From contig JAZRPL010000133.1 in assembly GCA_045649245.1 (NCBI GenBank), positions 17,323-81,322 on the forward strand: 64,000 nucleotides of DNA, read 5' to 3'. Below the pieces are notes generated by a model that was given only the letters and a program-made list of their open reading frames with translations, made no database searches and was not told the DNA's origin. The stretch is from Ructibacterium sp. Its GTDB lineage: Bacteria > Bacillota > Clostridia > Monoglobales > Monoglobaceae. Position numbers and translations under genes: made by a program. Within the stretch, counting starts at the first letter, position 1. Each line of letters opens with the position of its first letter. This document shows positions 31,524 to 42,244 of this stretch, in pieces.

Positions 31524-31654
31524 TCGGCTGATGTTTGATTTCGGCAGCGTTGTTGCCGATGCAATTTGATTGAAGAAACAAGGGTAAGGTGGTTGCATAA
31601 CATGTACGGACAACCAAACCGACTCTCGATTCCGAAAAGAAGGAGGTTAGAACT

Positions 31655-32053
31655 ATGCATATTACAGATCCTATCGCAGATATGCTGACAAGAATCAGAA
31701 ATGCCAATAATGCCAGACATACCACAGTCGACATTCCGGCTTCCAATATGAAGAAGGCAATCGCAAAAATCTTGCTGGACGAAGGCTATGTCAAAAATGT
31801 AGAGTACATTGAAGACGGGCTGCAGGGCGTAATCCGTATTACCTTAAAGTACGGAGAAAATAAGCAAAAGGTACTCACCGGACTGAAGAGAGTAAGTAAA
31901 CCGGGTTTGAGATCTTACGCGTCCAAGGAAGAGTTGCCCAGAGTATTAAAAGGTTTGGGTATTGCGATTATTTCTACGTCTAAGGGCGTTATGACAGACA
32001 AGGAGGCACGCCGTCAGAACGTGGGCGGCGAAGTGCTGGCGTTTATTTGGTAA
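31655..32053 (+). CDS. rpsH: 30S ribosomal protein S8
   Basis: [13 protein letters not shown]. Confidence 0.98.
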   Translation: MHITDPIADMLTRIRNANNARHTTVDIPASNMKKAIAKILLDEGYVKNVEYIEDGLQGVIRITLKYGENKQKVLTGLKRVSKPGLRSYASKEELPRVLKGLGIAIISTSKGVMTDKEARRQNVGGEVLAFIW

Positions 32054-32070
32054 GAAAGGAGGAGAATTCA

Positions 32071-32616
32071 TTGTCTCGTATAGGAAAAATGCCGATTACG
32101 GTTCCGCAAGGGGTAACTGTAACAGTCGGTGCAAACAATGAAGTTACCGTAAAGGGTCCTAAGGGCGAACTGGCACAACAGTTGCCTGCGGACATGATGA
32201 TAGAGCAAAACGGCGATACCATCGAGGTAAAGCGTCCCTCTGAGGGAAAGGCTCACAGATCGTTGCACGGTTTGACACGTACCTTGCTTAACAATATGAT
32301 CGTTGGAGTTACAGAGGGCTTTAAAAAGCAGTTGGAAATCAACGGTGTTGGTTACAGAGCAGCACTGCAAGGAAAGAAACTGGTCATGAACCTTGGTTAT
32401 TCTCATCAGGTAGAGATGGAGGCAACCGACGGAATTACCATCGAAGTTCCGCAGCCGAACCAGATCATTATTTCCGGTCCTGATAAGCAGAAGGTTGGAC
32501 AGTTTGCGGCAAATGTTCGCGAAAAGAGACCGCCGGAGCCGTATAAGGGCAAGGGTATTAAATACGTTGAAGAACATATTAGACGTAAGGAAGGTAAGGC
32601 CGGTTCTAAGAAGTAG
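32071..32616 (+). CDS. rplF: 50S ribosomal protein L6
   Basis: [13 protein letters not shown]; TTG start. Confidence 0.98.
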   Translation: MSRIGKMPITVPQGVTVTVGANNEVTVKGPKGELAQQLPADMMIEQNGDTIEVKRPSEGKAHRSLHGLTRTLLNNMIVGVTEGFKKQLEINGVGYRAALQGKKLVMNLGYSHQVEMEATDGITIEVPQPNQIIISGPDKQKVGQFAANVREKRPPEPYKGKGIKYVEEHIRRKEGKAGSKK

Positions 32617-32640
32617 TAACCGCAAGGAGGTGCAAACGTA

Positions 32641-33003
32641 GTGATTAAGAAGGTAAATAGTAATGTATCAAGACTTGCCAGACACGCAAGAGTTCGGAAA
32701 AAGGTTTCCGGAACAGCGGAGTGCCCCAGATTGTGCGTGTTTAGAAGTCGGCAGAACATATACGCTCAAATCATTGACGATACGACGGGTAACACCCTGG
32801 TTTCTGCATCATCTTTGGATGCGGAACTGAAGGCCAATTACGGCGGCAATAAAGAAGCCGCAAAAGCGGTTGGTGCTTTGATTGCCAAGAAGGCAGCAGA
32901 CAAGGGCATTACCGAGGTCGTATTCGACAGAGGCGGATATGTTTATCACGGCAGGGTTGCAGAACTTGCCGAGGCAGCGCGCGAGGGCGGCCTGAAGTTC
33001 TAA
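32641..33003 (+). CDS. rplR: 50S ribosomal protein L18
   Basis: [14 protein letters not shown]. Confidence 0.98.
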   Translation: MIKKVNSNVSRLARHARVRKKVSGTAECPRLCVFRSRQNIYAQIIDDTTGNTLVSASSLDAELKANYGGNKEAAKAVGALIAKKAADKGITEVVFDRGGYVYHGRVAELAEAAREGGLKF

Positions 33004-33028
33004 TCGTCGAGAAAGAGGTGAAACATTA

Positions 33029-33559
33029 ATGGCAGAAAAAGGTGAAAGAACCAGAAAGCAGCCGCGTATTGAAGCAGATACGCTGGATATACAGGAAAAA
33101 GTAGTTCATTTGAACCGTGTTGCAAAGGTTGTAAAGGGCGGCCGGACTTTCCGGTTCAGCGCACTGGTTGTTGTCGGTGACGGCAATGGTCATGTGGGTT
33201 GTGGCATGGGTAAAGCGGCAGAAATTCCTGACGCAATCCGGAAGGGAATTGATGATGCAAAGAAGAATATGATCACAGTTCCCAGAGTAAAAACTACGAT
33301 TCCTCACGAGATTATCGGTGAGTATGGCGCAGGCCGTGTTCTTCTGAAACCGGCGGCAGAAGGTACCGGTGTTATTGCAGGCGGTCCTGCTCGTGCGGTA
33401 TTGGAATTGGCCGGAATTAGAGATATTCGTACCAAATGCTTGCGTAGTAACAACCCCAAGAATGTTGTTGCAGCAACCATCGAGGGTCTGGCATCTCTCA
33501 AGAGTGTAGAAGAGGTTGCTCAGCTCAGAGGGAAGAAGCCGGAAGAGATCCTCGGTTAA
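33029..33559 (+). CDS. rpsE: 30S ribosomal protein S5
   Basis: [18 protein letters not shown]. Confidence 0.98.
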   Translation: MAEKGERTRKQPRIEADTLDIQEKVVHLNRVAKVVKGGRTFRFSALVVVGDGNGHVGCGMGKAAEIPDAIRKGIDDAKKNMITVPRVKTTIPHEIIGEYGAGRVLLKPAAEGTGVIAGGPARAVLELAGIRDIRTKCLRSNNPKNVVAATIEGLASLKSVEEVAQLRGKKPEEILG

Positions 33560-33586
33560 TAAATTAGTTTAAGAGGAGGGTTATCC

Positions 33587-33766
33587 TTGGCGAATACAAT
33601 TAAGGTTACATTAAAAAAGAGCACCATCGGATGCAAAAAAGATCAAATTGCTACTGTTGCTGCATTGGGTCTTAAAAAGATCGGTCAGACAGTTGAAAAG
33701 AATGATGTGCCGCAGATTCGCGGTATGATCTTCAAGGTAAAACATTTGGTGGAAGTATCCGAGTAA
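33587..33766 (+). CDS. rpmD: 50S ribosomal protein L30 (not in ORF track)
   Basis: TTG start; [38 protein letters not shown]. Confidence 0.95.
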   Translation: MANTIKVTLKKSTIGCKKDQIATVAALGLKKIGQTVEKNDVPQIRGMIFKVKHLVEVSE

Positions 33767-33848
33767 GAAGTTGGAATCCGGAGTAAATCCGGTCTCCGTC
33801 CCTGCGGGGCGGATCATCATTTTAACAAAGAAGGAGGAGGTGGACGCA

Positions 33849-34289
33849 ATGAAACTCCATGAATTATCTCCGAGCGAAGGCTCTAAGAAAAAAGCATACA
33901 GAGTAGGTCGTGGTCATGCAAGCGGCAATGGAAAAACCAGCGGTAAGGGACACAAAGGCCAAAATGCCCGTAGCGGCGGTGGTGTTCGTCCCGGCTTTGA
34001 AGGTGGCCAGATGCCCATTTACAGACGGCTTCCCAAGCGAGGTTTCCATAACATTTTTGCGAAGAAGTATGTTTCTGTTAATGTTGAGGCTTTGAATAAA
34101 CTGGAGGCTGGTACTGAGGTAACAGCAGAGGTTTTGAAGGAAGCTGGAATCATCTCCAAGATTTGCGACGGCGTTGTTGTTTTGGGCCGTGGCGAAGTAG
34201 AAAAGAACTTTACAGTAAAAGCAAAAAGATTCAGTAAGAGTGCAGTAGAGAAGATCGAGGCTGCCGGCGGAAAGGCTGAGGTGATCTAA
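33849..34289 (+). CDS. rplO: 50S ribosomal protein L15
   Basis: [16 protein letters not shown]. Confidence 0.98.
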   Translation: MKLHELSPSEGSKKKAYRVGRGHASGNGKTSGKGHKGQNARSGGGVRPGFEGGQMPIYRRLPKRGFHNIFAKKYVSVNVEALNKLEAGTEVTAEVLKEAGIISKICDGVVVLGRGEVEKNFTVKAKRFSKSAVEKIEAAGGKAEVI

Positions 34290-34291
34290 GA

Positions 34292-35572
34292 ATGTTCGAT
34301 ACAATCAGAAATGCATGGAAGATTGTCGATCTGCGAAAAAAACTTATTTACACCTTTGTGTTATTGGTAATTTTCCGGCTGGGATCCTGTATCCCCGTTC
34401 CGATGTTGGAACCTTCCCAGATGAAGGATTTGTTCAGTGCTGAGAACTCCATGTTTGGACTTTTGAACATGGTTTCCGGTGGTGCATTCCAAAATGCAAC
34501 CATCTTTGCCATGAGCATTACCCCATACATCAACGCATCGATTATCATGCAGCTCTTGTGTGTTGCCATTCCTGCTCTTGAGCGGTTACAGAAAGAGGGC
34601 GAAGAGGGACGGAAAAAGATCGGCCAACTGATGCGGTATGGCACAGTAGTCCTGGCCTTGATTCAGGCCTTTGGTCTTTACTTCCTGCTTAAGTCCTACG
34701 CAGCAGTAACCAACCCGGGATTTTCTACGGCGGTGGTTGTTATAACAACCTTTACAGCCGGCACGGCCTTTTTGATGTGGCTGGGCGAGCAAATCACCGA
34801 AAAAGGTGTAGGTAACGGAATTTCTTTGATTATCTTTGCTGGTATTGTTTCCAGAATTCCCAGTATGATTACCTCGCTTTGGACCAATATTCAAGCAGGA
34901 ACATTGAACTGGATTGGTCTTGCAGCGTTGCTCATTTTGGGACTGGCCGTTATTGGCGTTGTTGTCATGATGAACGAGGCAGAACGCAGAATTCCGGTAC
35001 AATATGCGAAACGTGTTGTGGGAAGAAAGATGTATGGCGGACAAAGCACCCATATCCCCATTAAGGTTGCAGCAGCCGGTGTTATTCCCATTATCTTTGC
35101 CATGTCCATTATGGCATTCCCCGGAACGATTGCTAGTTTCTTTGGCGTGCAAGCCGGTGACGAAGGATTTTGGGGAGGCTTTTTGCGAGTATTCTCCAGC
35201 ACGTCTTGGGTTTATGCAGTATTGTACTTCCTGCTGATTCTTTTCTTCACCTATTTTTATACGGCAATGCAGTTTAATCCTATTGAGATGTCAAATAACA
35301 TGAAGAAGAATGGCGGATTTGTTCCCGGTATTCGTCCCGGACGTCCTACCTCGGATTATATTTCCAAGGTATTGTCCAGAATTACATTAGCGGGTGCAGT
35401 CTTCTTAGGTATCGTTGCAGTTCTTCCTATCTTCATGAATTTGGCCTTGCACATCAACAACTTTGCCATTGGAGGCACTTCTCTTTTGATTGTTGTGGGT
35501 GTTGCCCTGGAAACTGTGAAGGAATTAGAATCGCAGATGCTGATGCGGCATTATAAAGGATTCTTGGAATAA
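34292..35572 (+). CDS. secY: preprotein translocase SecY
   Basis: ITPYINASII, WLGEQIT, PGIRPG, GGTSLLI. Confidence 0.98.
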   Translation: MFDTIRNAWKIVDLRKKLIYTFVLLVIFRLGSCIPVPMLEPSQMKDLFSAENSMFGLLNMVSGGAFQNATIFAMSITPYINASIIMQLLCVAIPALERLQKEGEEGRKKIGQLMRYGTVVLALIQAFGLYFLLKSYAAVTNPGFSTAVVVITTFTAGTAFLMWLGEQITEKGVGNGISLIIFAGIVSRIPSMITSLWTNIQAGTLNWIGLAALLILGLAVIGVVVMMNEAERRIPVQYAKRVVGRKMYGGQSTHIPIKVAAAGVIPIIFAMSIMAFPGTIASFFGVQAGDEGFWGGFLRVFSSTSWVYAVLYFLLILFFTYFYTAMQFNPIEMSNNMKKNGGFVPGIRPGRPTSDYISKVLSRITLAGAVFLGIVAVLPIFMNLALHINNFAIGGTSLLIVVGVALETVKELESQMLMRHYKGFLE

Positions 35573-35703
35573 AATAACAATGATGCACAACTTTGTGCAA
35601 ACGATAGAAGAGTAGGAGACGATGATGCACTGGCAGAAGCGGTTCCTACTCTATCCGTTTTTCAGGAAGAATGCAGCGTGCGCTGGCACGAAAAGGAAAG
35701 GAT

Positions 35704-36345
35704 ATGGGAATTATGAGACTTATATTATTAGCAGCCCCCGGGGCCGGAAAAGGCACACAGGCAGAAAAACTGAGTGAACATTTTGGCATTCCTACCATTT
35801 CGACGGGAGCGATTCTTCGCCATAACATACAGGAAGGCACCGAACTTGGAAATATTGCAAAGGGATACATTGATGATGGGAAGTTGATCCCCGATGATGT
35901 AATGATTGCAGTCATGAAAGAGCGCTTGTCTCAGGAAGATTGCAAAAAAGGATTTATATTGGATGGTTTTCCCAGAACGTTGGCGCAAGCGGAAGCGTTG
36001 GATGCAAGTGATATTGCGATTGACGCCGTGCTTAATATTGAAGTGTCGGATGCGGAGATTATTCATCGTCTTTCCGGGCGATTAGAGTGCAGCGAATGTG
36101 CAGCAACCTACCATAAAGAATATAAAAAACCACAGCAAGAGGGAATTTGTGATCATTGTGGCGGTAAACTAACCCTTCGTGCAGATGATAAGCCGGAAAC
36201 GGTGAAAAATCGGTTAGAGGTATATCATACACAAACCGAGCCGTTGCTTGCTTATTATACCCAAAAGGGAATGTTAAAAGTTGCCTTGGGGAAGGAAGGA
36301 ATTGCAGATACTACAGCAGAGGTTCTTAGGGTGCTGGAGGGCTGA
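35704..36345 (+). CDS. adk: adenylate kinase with zinc lid
   Basis: APGAGKGT, LDGFPRT, CSEC..CDHC. Confidence 0.96.
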   Translation: MGIMRLILLAAPGAGKGTQAEKLSEHFGIPTISTGAILRHNIQEGTELGNIAKGYIDDGKLIPDDVMIAVMKERLSQEDCKKGFILDGFPRTLAQAEALDASDIAIDAVLNIEVSDAEIIHRLSGRLECSECAATYHKEYKKPQQEGICDHCGGKLTLRADDKPETVKNRLEVYHTQTEPLLAYYTQKGMLKVALGKEGIADTTAEVLRVLEG

Positions 36346-36346
36346 T

Positions 36347-37108
36347 ATGGTTACCATTAAATCGAAATCTGAGATAGAAAAAATGAAGATGGCCGGCAGA
36401 GTAACGTATGGTGCACTCTGCGCAGTACGGGATGCGGTTCGGCCCGGTATTACCACATTAGAACTGGACCAAATTGCAGAACGTTATATCAAATCTCAGG
36501 GATGTCAATGTTCCTTTAAGGGATATGGAGGTTTCCCGGGCAGTATCTGTGCCAGTGTCAATGATGAGATTATTCACGGAATCCCTGATCATCGGATCTT
36601 GGAAGAAGGGGATATTATCAGCGTAGATGTAGGTGCTTGTTATCAAGGCTACCATGGAGATGCTTGCCGTACCTTTGGCGTGGGAAGGATCTCTGACGAG
36701 GCAAAACGGCTGATTGATGTTACTCGCCAGAGTTTTTTTGAGGCGTTACGTTTTGCAAAAGATGGCTATCGAATTTCTGATATTTCCCGTGCAGTGCAGG
36801 AGTATATAGAAGCAAATGGCTATGCAGTACTTAGAAATTACTGCGGGCATGGCATTGGCGCCCAAATGCACGAGGACCCGGAAATCCCGAATTATGTCAG
36901 CAATAGTCGGGGGATTCGGATTCGGCCGGGGATGTGTCTGGCTATTGAACCCATGGTTTGCCAAGGGAAGAAAGAGTATTATGTCAATGCCAATGAATGG
37001 ACGGTACACACCAAGGATGGAAAGTTATCCGCGCATTATGAAAACAGCGTTTTGGTTACTGCCGATGCGCCATATTTGCTGACCATGCCTGACGGCAAAG
37101 AGGTTTAA
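36347..37108 (+). CDS. map: methionine aminopeptidase type I
   Basis: HGIP, GHGIG..HEDP, AIEPM, SAHYE. Confidence 0.96.
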   Translation: MVTIKSKSEIEKMKMAGRVTYGALCAVRDAVRPGITTLELDQIAERYIKSQGCQCSFKGYGGFPGSICASVNDEIIHGIPDHRILEEGDIISVDVGACYQGYHGDACRTFGVGRISDEAKRLIDVTRQSFFEALRFAKDGYRISDISRAVQEYIEANGYAVLRNYCGHGIGAQMHEDPEIPNYVSNSRGIRIRPGMCLAIEPMVCQGKKEYYVNANEWTVHTKDGKLSAHYENSVLVTADAPYLLTMPDGKEV

Positions 37109-37423
37109 ATGGATGGTATGAAAAAAACAAAAGCGGTGCAAGTAGGCGAATTGGTGCAGTCGCTAGCAGGTCATGACAGGGGAGATTTTTTTCTGGTCAT
37201 TCGACAGGAAGGAAACTTGGTCTGGATTTGTGATGGAAAACGCCGAAAAGCGGTTTGTTGTAAACGAAAAAATCAGAAACATATTGCCGGAAGCGGGTTG
37301 ATTTGTGATTGGGTGGAAAAACAGCCGGAACGGGTCAATAATACTTCCGTGCGAAAAGCAATCCAAGAGATGTTAAAATCTATATCAGGAGGTGAAAACC
37401 TATGTCAAAGGAAGATGTTTTAG
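37109..37423 (+). CDS. KOW-domain RNA-binding protein (L14e-like)
   Basis: [25 protein letters not shown] between map and infA. Confidence 0.8.
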   Translation: MDGMKKTKAVQVGELVQSLAGHDRGDFFLVIRQEGNLVWICDGKRRKAVCCKRKNQKHIAGSGLICDWVEKQPERVNNTSVRKAIQEMLKSISGGENLCQRKMF

Positions 37424-37620
37424 AGGTAGAGGGCACCGTGCTGGAGGCTTTGCCCAATGCGATGTTTAAGGTGGAACTGGAAAATGGTCACCAGATTTTG
37501 GCCCATATTTCCGGAAAGTTGCGGATGCACTTTATTCGAATTTTGCCGGGAGATAAAGTAACCGTTGAGATTTCGCCCTATGATTTAACCAAGGGCAGAA
37601 TCACTTGGCGGGCCAAATAG
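37402..37620 (+). CDS. infA: translation initiation factor IF-1
   Basis: [20 protein letters not shown]. Confidence 0.98.
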   Translation: MSKEDVLEVEGTVLEALPNAMFKVELENGHQILAHISGKLRMHFIRILPGDKVTVEISPYDLTKGRITWRAK

Positions 37621-37649
37621 GGTGGAAAGAGAAACCATGGACGACATAG

Positions 37650-37682
37650 GGCGGCAGAATTTAGTATTTCTGCTGCCTTTTT
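37650..37682 (+). terminator. intrinsic terminator after infA
   Basis: GGCGGCAGAA..TTCTGCTGCC plus TTTTT. Confidence 0.7.
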
Positions 37683-37812
37683 CATTTGTGCACAGAGGAT
37701 AAATGAAGAATCATGATGAAAAATTGTCTTTTTGCGATACCTGCTTGGCAAAATAGACAATTTTCCTAATGAAAATTCGGGAATTCTTTTGCAATTCAAA
37801 GCAGAAAAAGAA

Positions 37813-37841
37813 TTGACAGAAAGAAATTTTTATGTTAAGAT
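37813..37841 (+). promoter_or_regulatory. alpha-operon promoter TTGACA-17-TAAGAT with extended TG
   Basis: Hexamers and spacing upstream of rpmJ. Confidence 0.75.
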
Positions 37842-37907
37842 ATACTAGTTCGCTTTATGGGTGAAAGTGTCCCTTGGCGGCAAGTACAAATTTAGGAGGT
37901 GAAGGAA

Positions 37908-38021
37908 ATGAAAGTACAACCTTCCGTAAAACCTATTTGTGAAAAATGTAAAATTATTAAAAGAAAAGGCAGAGTCATGGTCATTTGTGAAAACCCCCGC
38001 CACAAGCAGAAGCAGGGTTAG
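37908..38021 (+). CDS. rpmJ: 50S ribosomal protein L36 (not in ORF track)
   Basis: [37 protein letters not shown]. Confidence 0.97.
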   Translation: MKVQPSVKPICEKCKIIKRKGRVMVICENPRHKQKQG

Positions 38022-38141
38022 TTTTCTATGTCCGGAGCAGGGTCAGGCTTATAACCCAAAAGATTCTATAGGCTGACGCCGCGCATGCGCGGGTGAAATT
38101 CTGCTCCACTGTTTTTTCAAAAATCAATGGAGGTGAAAAGT

Positions 38142-38507
38142 ATGGCACGTATTGCAGGCGTAGATTTGCCCAATGACAAGAGAGTTGAGATTGGTCTCAC
38201 TTATATTTTTGGTATTGGTCTTTCTACTTCCAAGAAGATCCTGGCAGCAACCGGAATTAATCCGGACACCAGAGTGCGTGACTTGACAGAGGACGAGGTA
38301 TCTAAGTTGAGAGCAGAGATCGACCACTACAACGTAGAGGGTGATCTGCGTAGAGACATCGCACTGGACATCAAGCGCTTGATGGAAATTAACTGCTACA
38401 GAGGGCTTCGCCACAGAAAGGGCTTGCCGGTTCGCGGACAGCGTTCCAAGACCAATGCAAGAACCAGAAAAGGCCCCAAAAAGACCATCGCAAACAAGAA
38501 AAAATAA
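38142..38507 (+). CDS. rpsM: 30S ribosomal protein S13
   Basis: [15 protein letters not shown]. Confidence 0.98.
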   Translation: MARIAGVDLPNDKRVEIGLTYIFGIGLSTSKKILAATGINPDTRVRDLTEDEVSKLRAEIDHYNVEGDLRRDIALDIKRLMEINCYRGLRHRKGLPVRGQRSKTNARTRKGPKKTIANKKK

Positions 38508-38623
38508 TCTTTGCGTGATGGCAATGCTGCATGAAAATGCGGCATAATAAGAAATTTGATTTTTCTGTACGAGATCATAGTGTCCGTATCGGATATCCGT
38601 ATTTTTAGGAGGTGAAAGATACA

Positions 38624-39016
38624 ATGGCAAAGGCAGTAAAAAGAACACGCCGCCGCAGAGAGAGAAAGAACATCGAGCGGGGTGCAGCACATATTAAATC
38701 TACATTTAATAACACCATTGTTACGATTACAGACGTAGCCGGTAATGCTATTTCTTGGGCATCCGCCGGTGGCCTCGGTTTTAGAGGTTCTAAGAAAAGC
38801 ACTCCTTTCGCAGCACAGATGGCTGCGGAGACCGCTGCAAAGGCAGCTATGGAGCATGGCTTGAAGTATGTCGAGGTTTATGTAAAGGGACCGGGTTCCG
38901 GTCGTGAAGCAGCAATCCGTGCATTGCAGGTTGCAGGCCTCGAGGTGAATATGATTAAGGATGTTACACCGATTCCTCATAATGGTTGTAGACCGCCTAA
39001 GAGAAGACGTGTGTAA
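38624..39016 (+). CDS. rpsK: 30S ribosomal protein S11
   Basis: [17 protein letters not shown]. Confidence 0.98.
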   Translation: MAKAVKRTRRRRERKNIERGAAHIKSTFNNTIVTITDVAGNAISWASAGGLGFRGSKKSTPFAAQMAAETAAKAAMEHGLKYVEVYVKGPGSGREAAIRALQVAGLEVNMIKDVTPIPHNGCRPPKRRRV

Positions 39017-39036
39017 TGACGGAGGTGAAAAAGTAA

Positions 39037-39663
39037 ATGGCAAGATATACAGAATCTGTTTGCAGAATTTGCAGACGGGAAGGTCAGAAGTTATTCTTAA
39101 AGGGTGACAGATGCTACACAGATAAGTGTGCAGTGACCAGACGTGCATATGCTCCCGGCCAGCATGGTCAGGGCAGACGGAAACTTTCCGAATACGGCAC
39201 ACAGCTTCGTGAGAAGCAGAAGGTAAGACGGGCTTATGGTATTTTGGAAGGCCAGTTTGAGCATTACTTTGAAATGGCTAACAAAAAAGAAGGCGTAACA
39301 GGTGAGAACTTGTTGACAATTCTGGAGAGCCGTCTTGACAATGTAGTTTACAAAATGGGATTTGCTGTTTCCAGACCGGAAGCAAGACAGTTGGTATCTC
39401 ACGCACACTTTACGGTAAATGGGAAGAAGGTAAATGTTCCTTCCTATTTGGTAAAGGCAGGCGATGTGATTGCTGTTCGCGAGAAGAGCAGATCCAGTGC
39501 AAAATTTGAAGCTATCCTGAACTCTACTGAGGCAAGAATTGTTCCCAAGTGGCTTGATGTGAATCGCGAAACTTTAGAGGGTCGTGTTGTTGCCCTGGCA
39601 GAGCGCGAGGATATCGATATGCCCATCGAAGAGCATTTGATCGTTGAGTATTACAACAAATAA
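39037..39663 (+). CDS. rpsD: 30S ribosomal protein S4
   Basis: [21 protein letters not shown]. Confidence 0.98.
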   Translation: MARYTESVCRICRREGQKLFLKGDRCYTDKCAVTRRAYAPGQHGQGRRKLSEYGTQLREKQKVRRAYGILEGQFEHYFEMANKKEGVTGENLLTILESRLDNVVYKMGFAVSRPEARQLVSHAHFTVNGKKVNVPSYLVKAGDVIAVREKSRSSAKFEAILNSTEARIVPKWLDVNRETLEGRVVALAEREDIDMPIEEHLIVEYYNK

Positions 39664-39723
39664 TAAATTGCTGTAACGCCCAGCGAATTGCGGGATTGAT
39701 TAAATTGTTTAGGAGGGCTGACA

Positions 39724-40671
39724 ATGATTGAAATCGAAAAGCCAAGAATTGAATGCGTAGAAGCATCCGAAGATAATAAATACGGCAAATTTGTTGTCGA
39801 GCCTCTGGAACGTGGTTACGGCACAACGTTTGGTAACTCTCTCAGAAGAATGTTGTTGTCCTCTCTTCCGGGAGTAGCCGCAACTTCGGTAAAGATTGAC
39901 GGAGTTCTTCATGAATTTTCAACCATTCCCGGCGTGAAGGAAGATGTAACCGAAATTATCCTGAACATCAAGCAGTTGGCAGTCAAGTTACATTCCGATG
40001 CACCCAAGACGGTTTATATTAACCAAGAAGGGGCCGGAGAAATCTGTGCGGGAGATATTAAGCACGATTCGGATGTGGAAATCATCAATGAGGATCTTCA
40101 TATCGCAACCTTGAGTGAGGATGCCAGATTATTCATGGAAATTACCTTGGATAAGGGCCGTGGCTATGTATCCTCGGATCGGAACAAGCAGTTGCTTCAG
40201 CCGGTCATTGGGGTGATTGCAACCGACTCTATCTACACGCCGGTACAAAAAGTAAACTATACGGTAGATAATACCCGTGTAGGAAATGTCACAGACTATG
40301 ACAAGTTGACGTTGGAAGTTTGGACGAATGGTACCATTACTCCCACAGAAGCGGTCAGTTTGGCGGCAAAGATTGTCAGTGAGCATATGAGTTTGTTTAT
40401 TGACTTGTCTGATGAGGCTAAGAATACCGAAATTATGGTTGAGAAGGAAGAGAGCAAGAAGGAGAAGGTTTTAGAAACCACCATTGAAGAACTGGATCTT
40501 TCTGTTCGTTCCTATAACTGTTTGAAGCGTGCAGGCATCAACACAGTACAAGATTTGACAACACGTTCCGAGAACGATATGATGAAGGTAAGAAACCTTG
40601 GCCGTAAATCGCTTGAAGAGGTCATTGCAAAGTTGGATGCTATGGGTCTGGCTTTGGCAAATGACGATTGA
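39724..40671 (+). CDS. rpoA: RNA polymerase alpha subunit
   Basis: [21 protein letters not shown]. Confidence 0.98.
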   Translation: MIEIEKPRIECVEASEDNKYGKFVVEPLERGYGTTFGNSLRRMLLSSLPGVAATSVKIDGVLHEFSTIPGVKEDVTEIILNIKQLAVKLHSDAPKTVYINQEGAGEICAGDIKHDSDVEIINEDLHIATLSEDARLFMEITLDKGRGYVSSDRNKQLLQPVIGVIATDSIYTPVQKVNYTVDNTRVGNVTDYDKLTLEVWTNGTITPTEAVSLAAKIVSEHMSLFIDLSDEAKNTEIMVEKEESKKEKVLETTIEELDLSVRSYNCLKRAGINTVQDLTTRSENDMMKVRNLGRKSLEEVIAKLDAMGLALANDD

Positions 40672-40704
40672 TTCTATAAAGAAATAAGAAAATGAGGTGA
40701 TAAA

Positions 40705-41049
40705 ATGGCACACCAGAGAAAACTTGGTAGACCGACAGACCAAAGACGTGCGATGCTCAGATCAATGACGACCTCGTTCCTGGAAAACGGCAGAATTGAA
40801 ACTACCGTAACCCGGGCAAAGGAAGTGCGGAGAATTGCAGAGAAAATGGTTACCCTCGGTAAAACCAATACACTTCACACCAAAAGACAAGCGCTGAGTT
40901 ATATTACAAAGCGGGATGTCGTAGTAAAATTGTTTGATGAAATCGCTCCCAAATATGCGGAAAGAAATGGCGGGTATACCCGGATTATTAAGATGGGACC
41001 GCGCCGTGGTGATGCTGCAGAGATGGCGATTCTGGAGTTTGTAGACTAA
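40705..41049 (+). CDS. rplQ: 50S ribosomal protein L17
   Basis: [14 protein letters not shown]. Confidence 0.98.
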   Translation: MAHQRKLGRPTDQRRAMLRSMTTSFLENGRIETTVTRAKEVRRIAEKMVTLGKTNTLHTKRQALSYITKRDVVVKLFDEIAPKYAERNGGYTRIIKMGPRRGDAAEMAILEFVD

Positions 41050-41061
41050 GCAAACCAAATC

Positions 41062-41095
41062 AAAACCGGTATGCAAAATGCATGCCGGTTTTTTT
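41062..41095 (+). terminator. intrinsic terminator
   Basis: AAAACCGGTATGCA..TGCATGCCGGTTTT. Confidence 0.85.
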
Positions 41096-41121
41096 TATAG
41101 GAGAATTTGGCCGGAAAAAGA

Positions 41122-41149
41122 TTGACATCTTTTGAAAAGATGATACAAT
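41122..41149 (+). promoter_or_regulatory. sigma-A promoter TTGACA-16-TACAAT
   Basis: Hexamers with extended TG. Confidence 0.6.
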
Positions 41150-41181
41150 AAAGGAAGCAAGGAAGTCTGAGAATAGGAGAA

Positions 41182-42180
41182 ATGAAAATGAGAATCACGA
41201 AAGGGAATATCCTATACCACAATGTGGAATATATTGAAGAAACCCCTCTGGGCAATCGATTGTATCGGTATCCTTTGGAGGTCATACAGCATTTAAATCC
41301 ACGGGCAAGGATGAAATCCCAGTATGCTTGTGGGTGTGAATTACGATTTGTCACAGAGTCCAACAGAATTCATGTTGACTTTATTGTTACCGGTGGCGAG
41401 GGGGTCATCATGGCAACCGTGCTAAAAGGGGATTATGTCCATGATGTAGTTCCGGTTACGCCGGGGCGCATAACGACCCTTGAGATTGTAGAGAGGGAAT
41501 GGCCTGCGGCCCAACAAAAAGTATTTTGTGCGGGCAATGACTTTAGCCCCAATGTCTGGAGAGTCCATTTTCAGCGTTGTTTCTGTACCGTATGTTCTGT
41601 CGATGCTATGGGTCATGCCATCAGGCCGCCTTATGACAGCGAGATGCCCCGAAAAAAACTGCTTGCTTATGGATCTTCCATTACTCATGGTGCTAGGTCT
41701 ATTACCCACACCAATTCCTTTGTGAACGAAGCCGGACGTATTTTGGGTGTGGATGTATTTAATAAAGGAGTAGGCGGCTCTTGTTTCTATGAGCCGGAGA
41801 TTGCAGACTTTTTTGCGAAGGATACGGATTGGGACTATGCTTGGATCGAAGGTGCCATCAACGCCACCTTGTTGCCGGAAGAGGTGTTTGAAGAAAGATT
41901 CCCCTATTTTGTAGATACTCTTTACAAAACCGGGAAACCGCTGTTTATTCCTACGATTTTACCCAATGCCGGTTTGTATGATGAAAACTCTTTGCATTAC
42001 AAGAAAATGCAACACTATAATGAAATCATTCGTGCCCAAAAGGATAAGGCGGTTATCATTGAGGGAGAAGATATCATTACGGATTTAAGATTTTTAACCA
42101 CAGATGGTGTGCATCCATCCAATGAGGGACATACGAGAATGGGAATCAATCTTGCGAATATTTTAAAGAACTATCTATAA
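41182..42180 (+). CDS. SGNH/GDSL hydrolase family protein
   Basis: YGSSITHG, NKGVGGS, DGVHP. Confidence 0.85.
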   Translation: MKMRITKGNILYHNVEYIEETPLGNRLYRYPLEVIQHLNPRARMKSQYACGCELRFVTESNRIHVDFIVTGGEGVIMATVLKGDYVHDVVPVTPGRITTLEIVEREWPAAQQKVFCAGNDFSPNVWRVHFQRCFCTVCSVDAMGHAIRPPYDSEMPRKKLLAYGSSITHGARSITHTNSFVNEAGRILGVDVFNKGVGGSCFYEPEIADFFAKDTDWDYAWIEGAINATLLPEEVFEERFPYFVDTLYKTGKPLFIPTILPNAGLYDENSLHYKKMQHYNEIIRAQKDKAVIIEGEDIITDLRFLTTDGVHPSNEGHTRMGINLANILKNYL

Positions 42181-42190
42181 GGGAAAAAGG

Positions 42191-42227
42191 AAATCCCCCG
42201 TCAACCTTAAGGCTGGCGGGGGATTTT
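42191..42227. terminator. bidirectional terminator
   Basis: AAATCCCCCGTCA..TGGCGGGGGATTT between convergent genes. Confidence 0.75.
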
Positions 42228-42244
42228 GTGTTGTAAAGGAATGG

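Noticed and set aside
38071-38100. CTGAC..stem..GAAA resembling a hammerhead core
   Set aside because: CUGANGA is not met (A9 missing) and the stems do not fit
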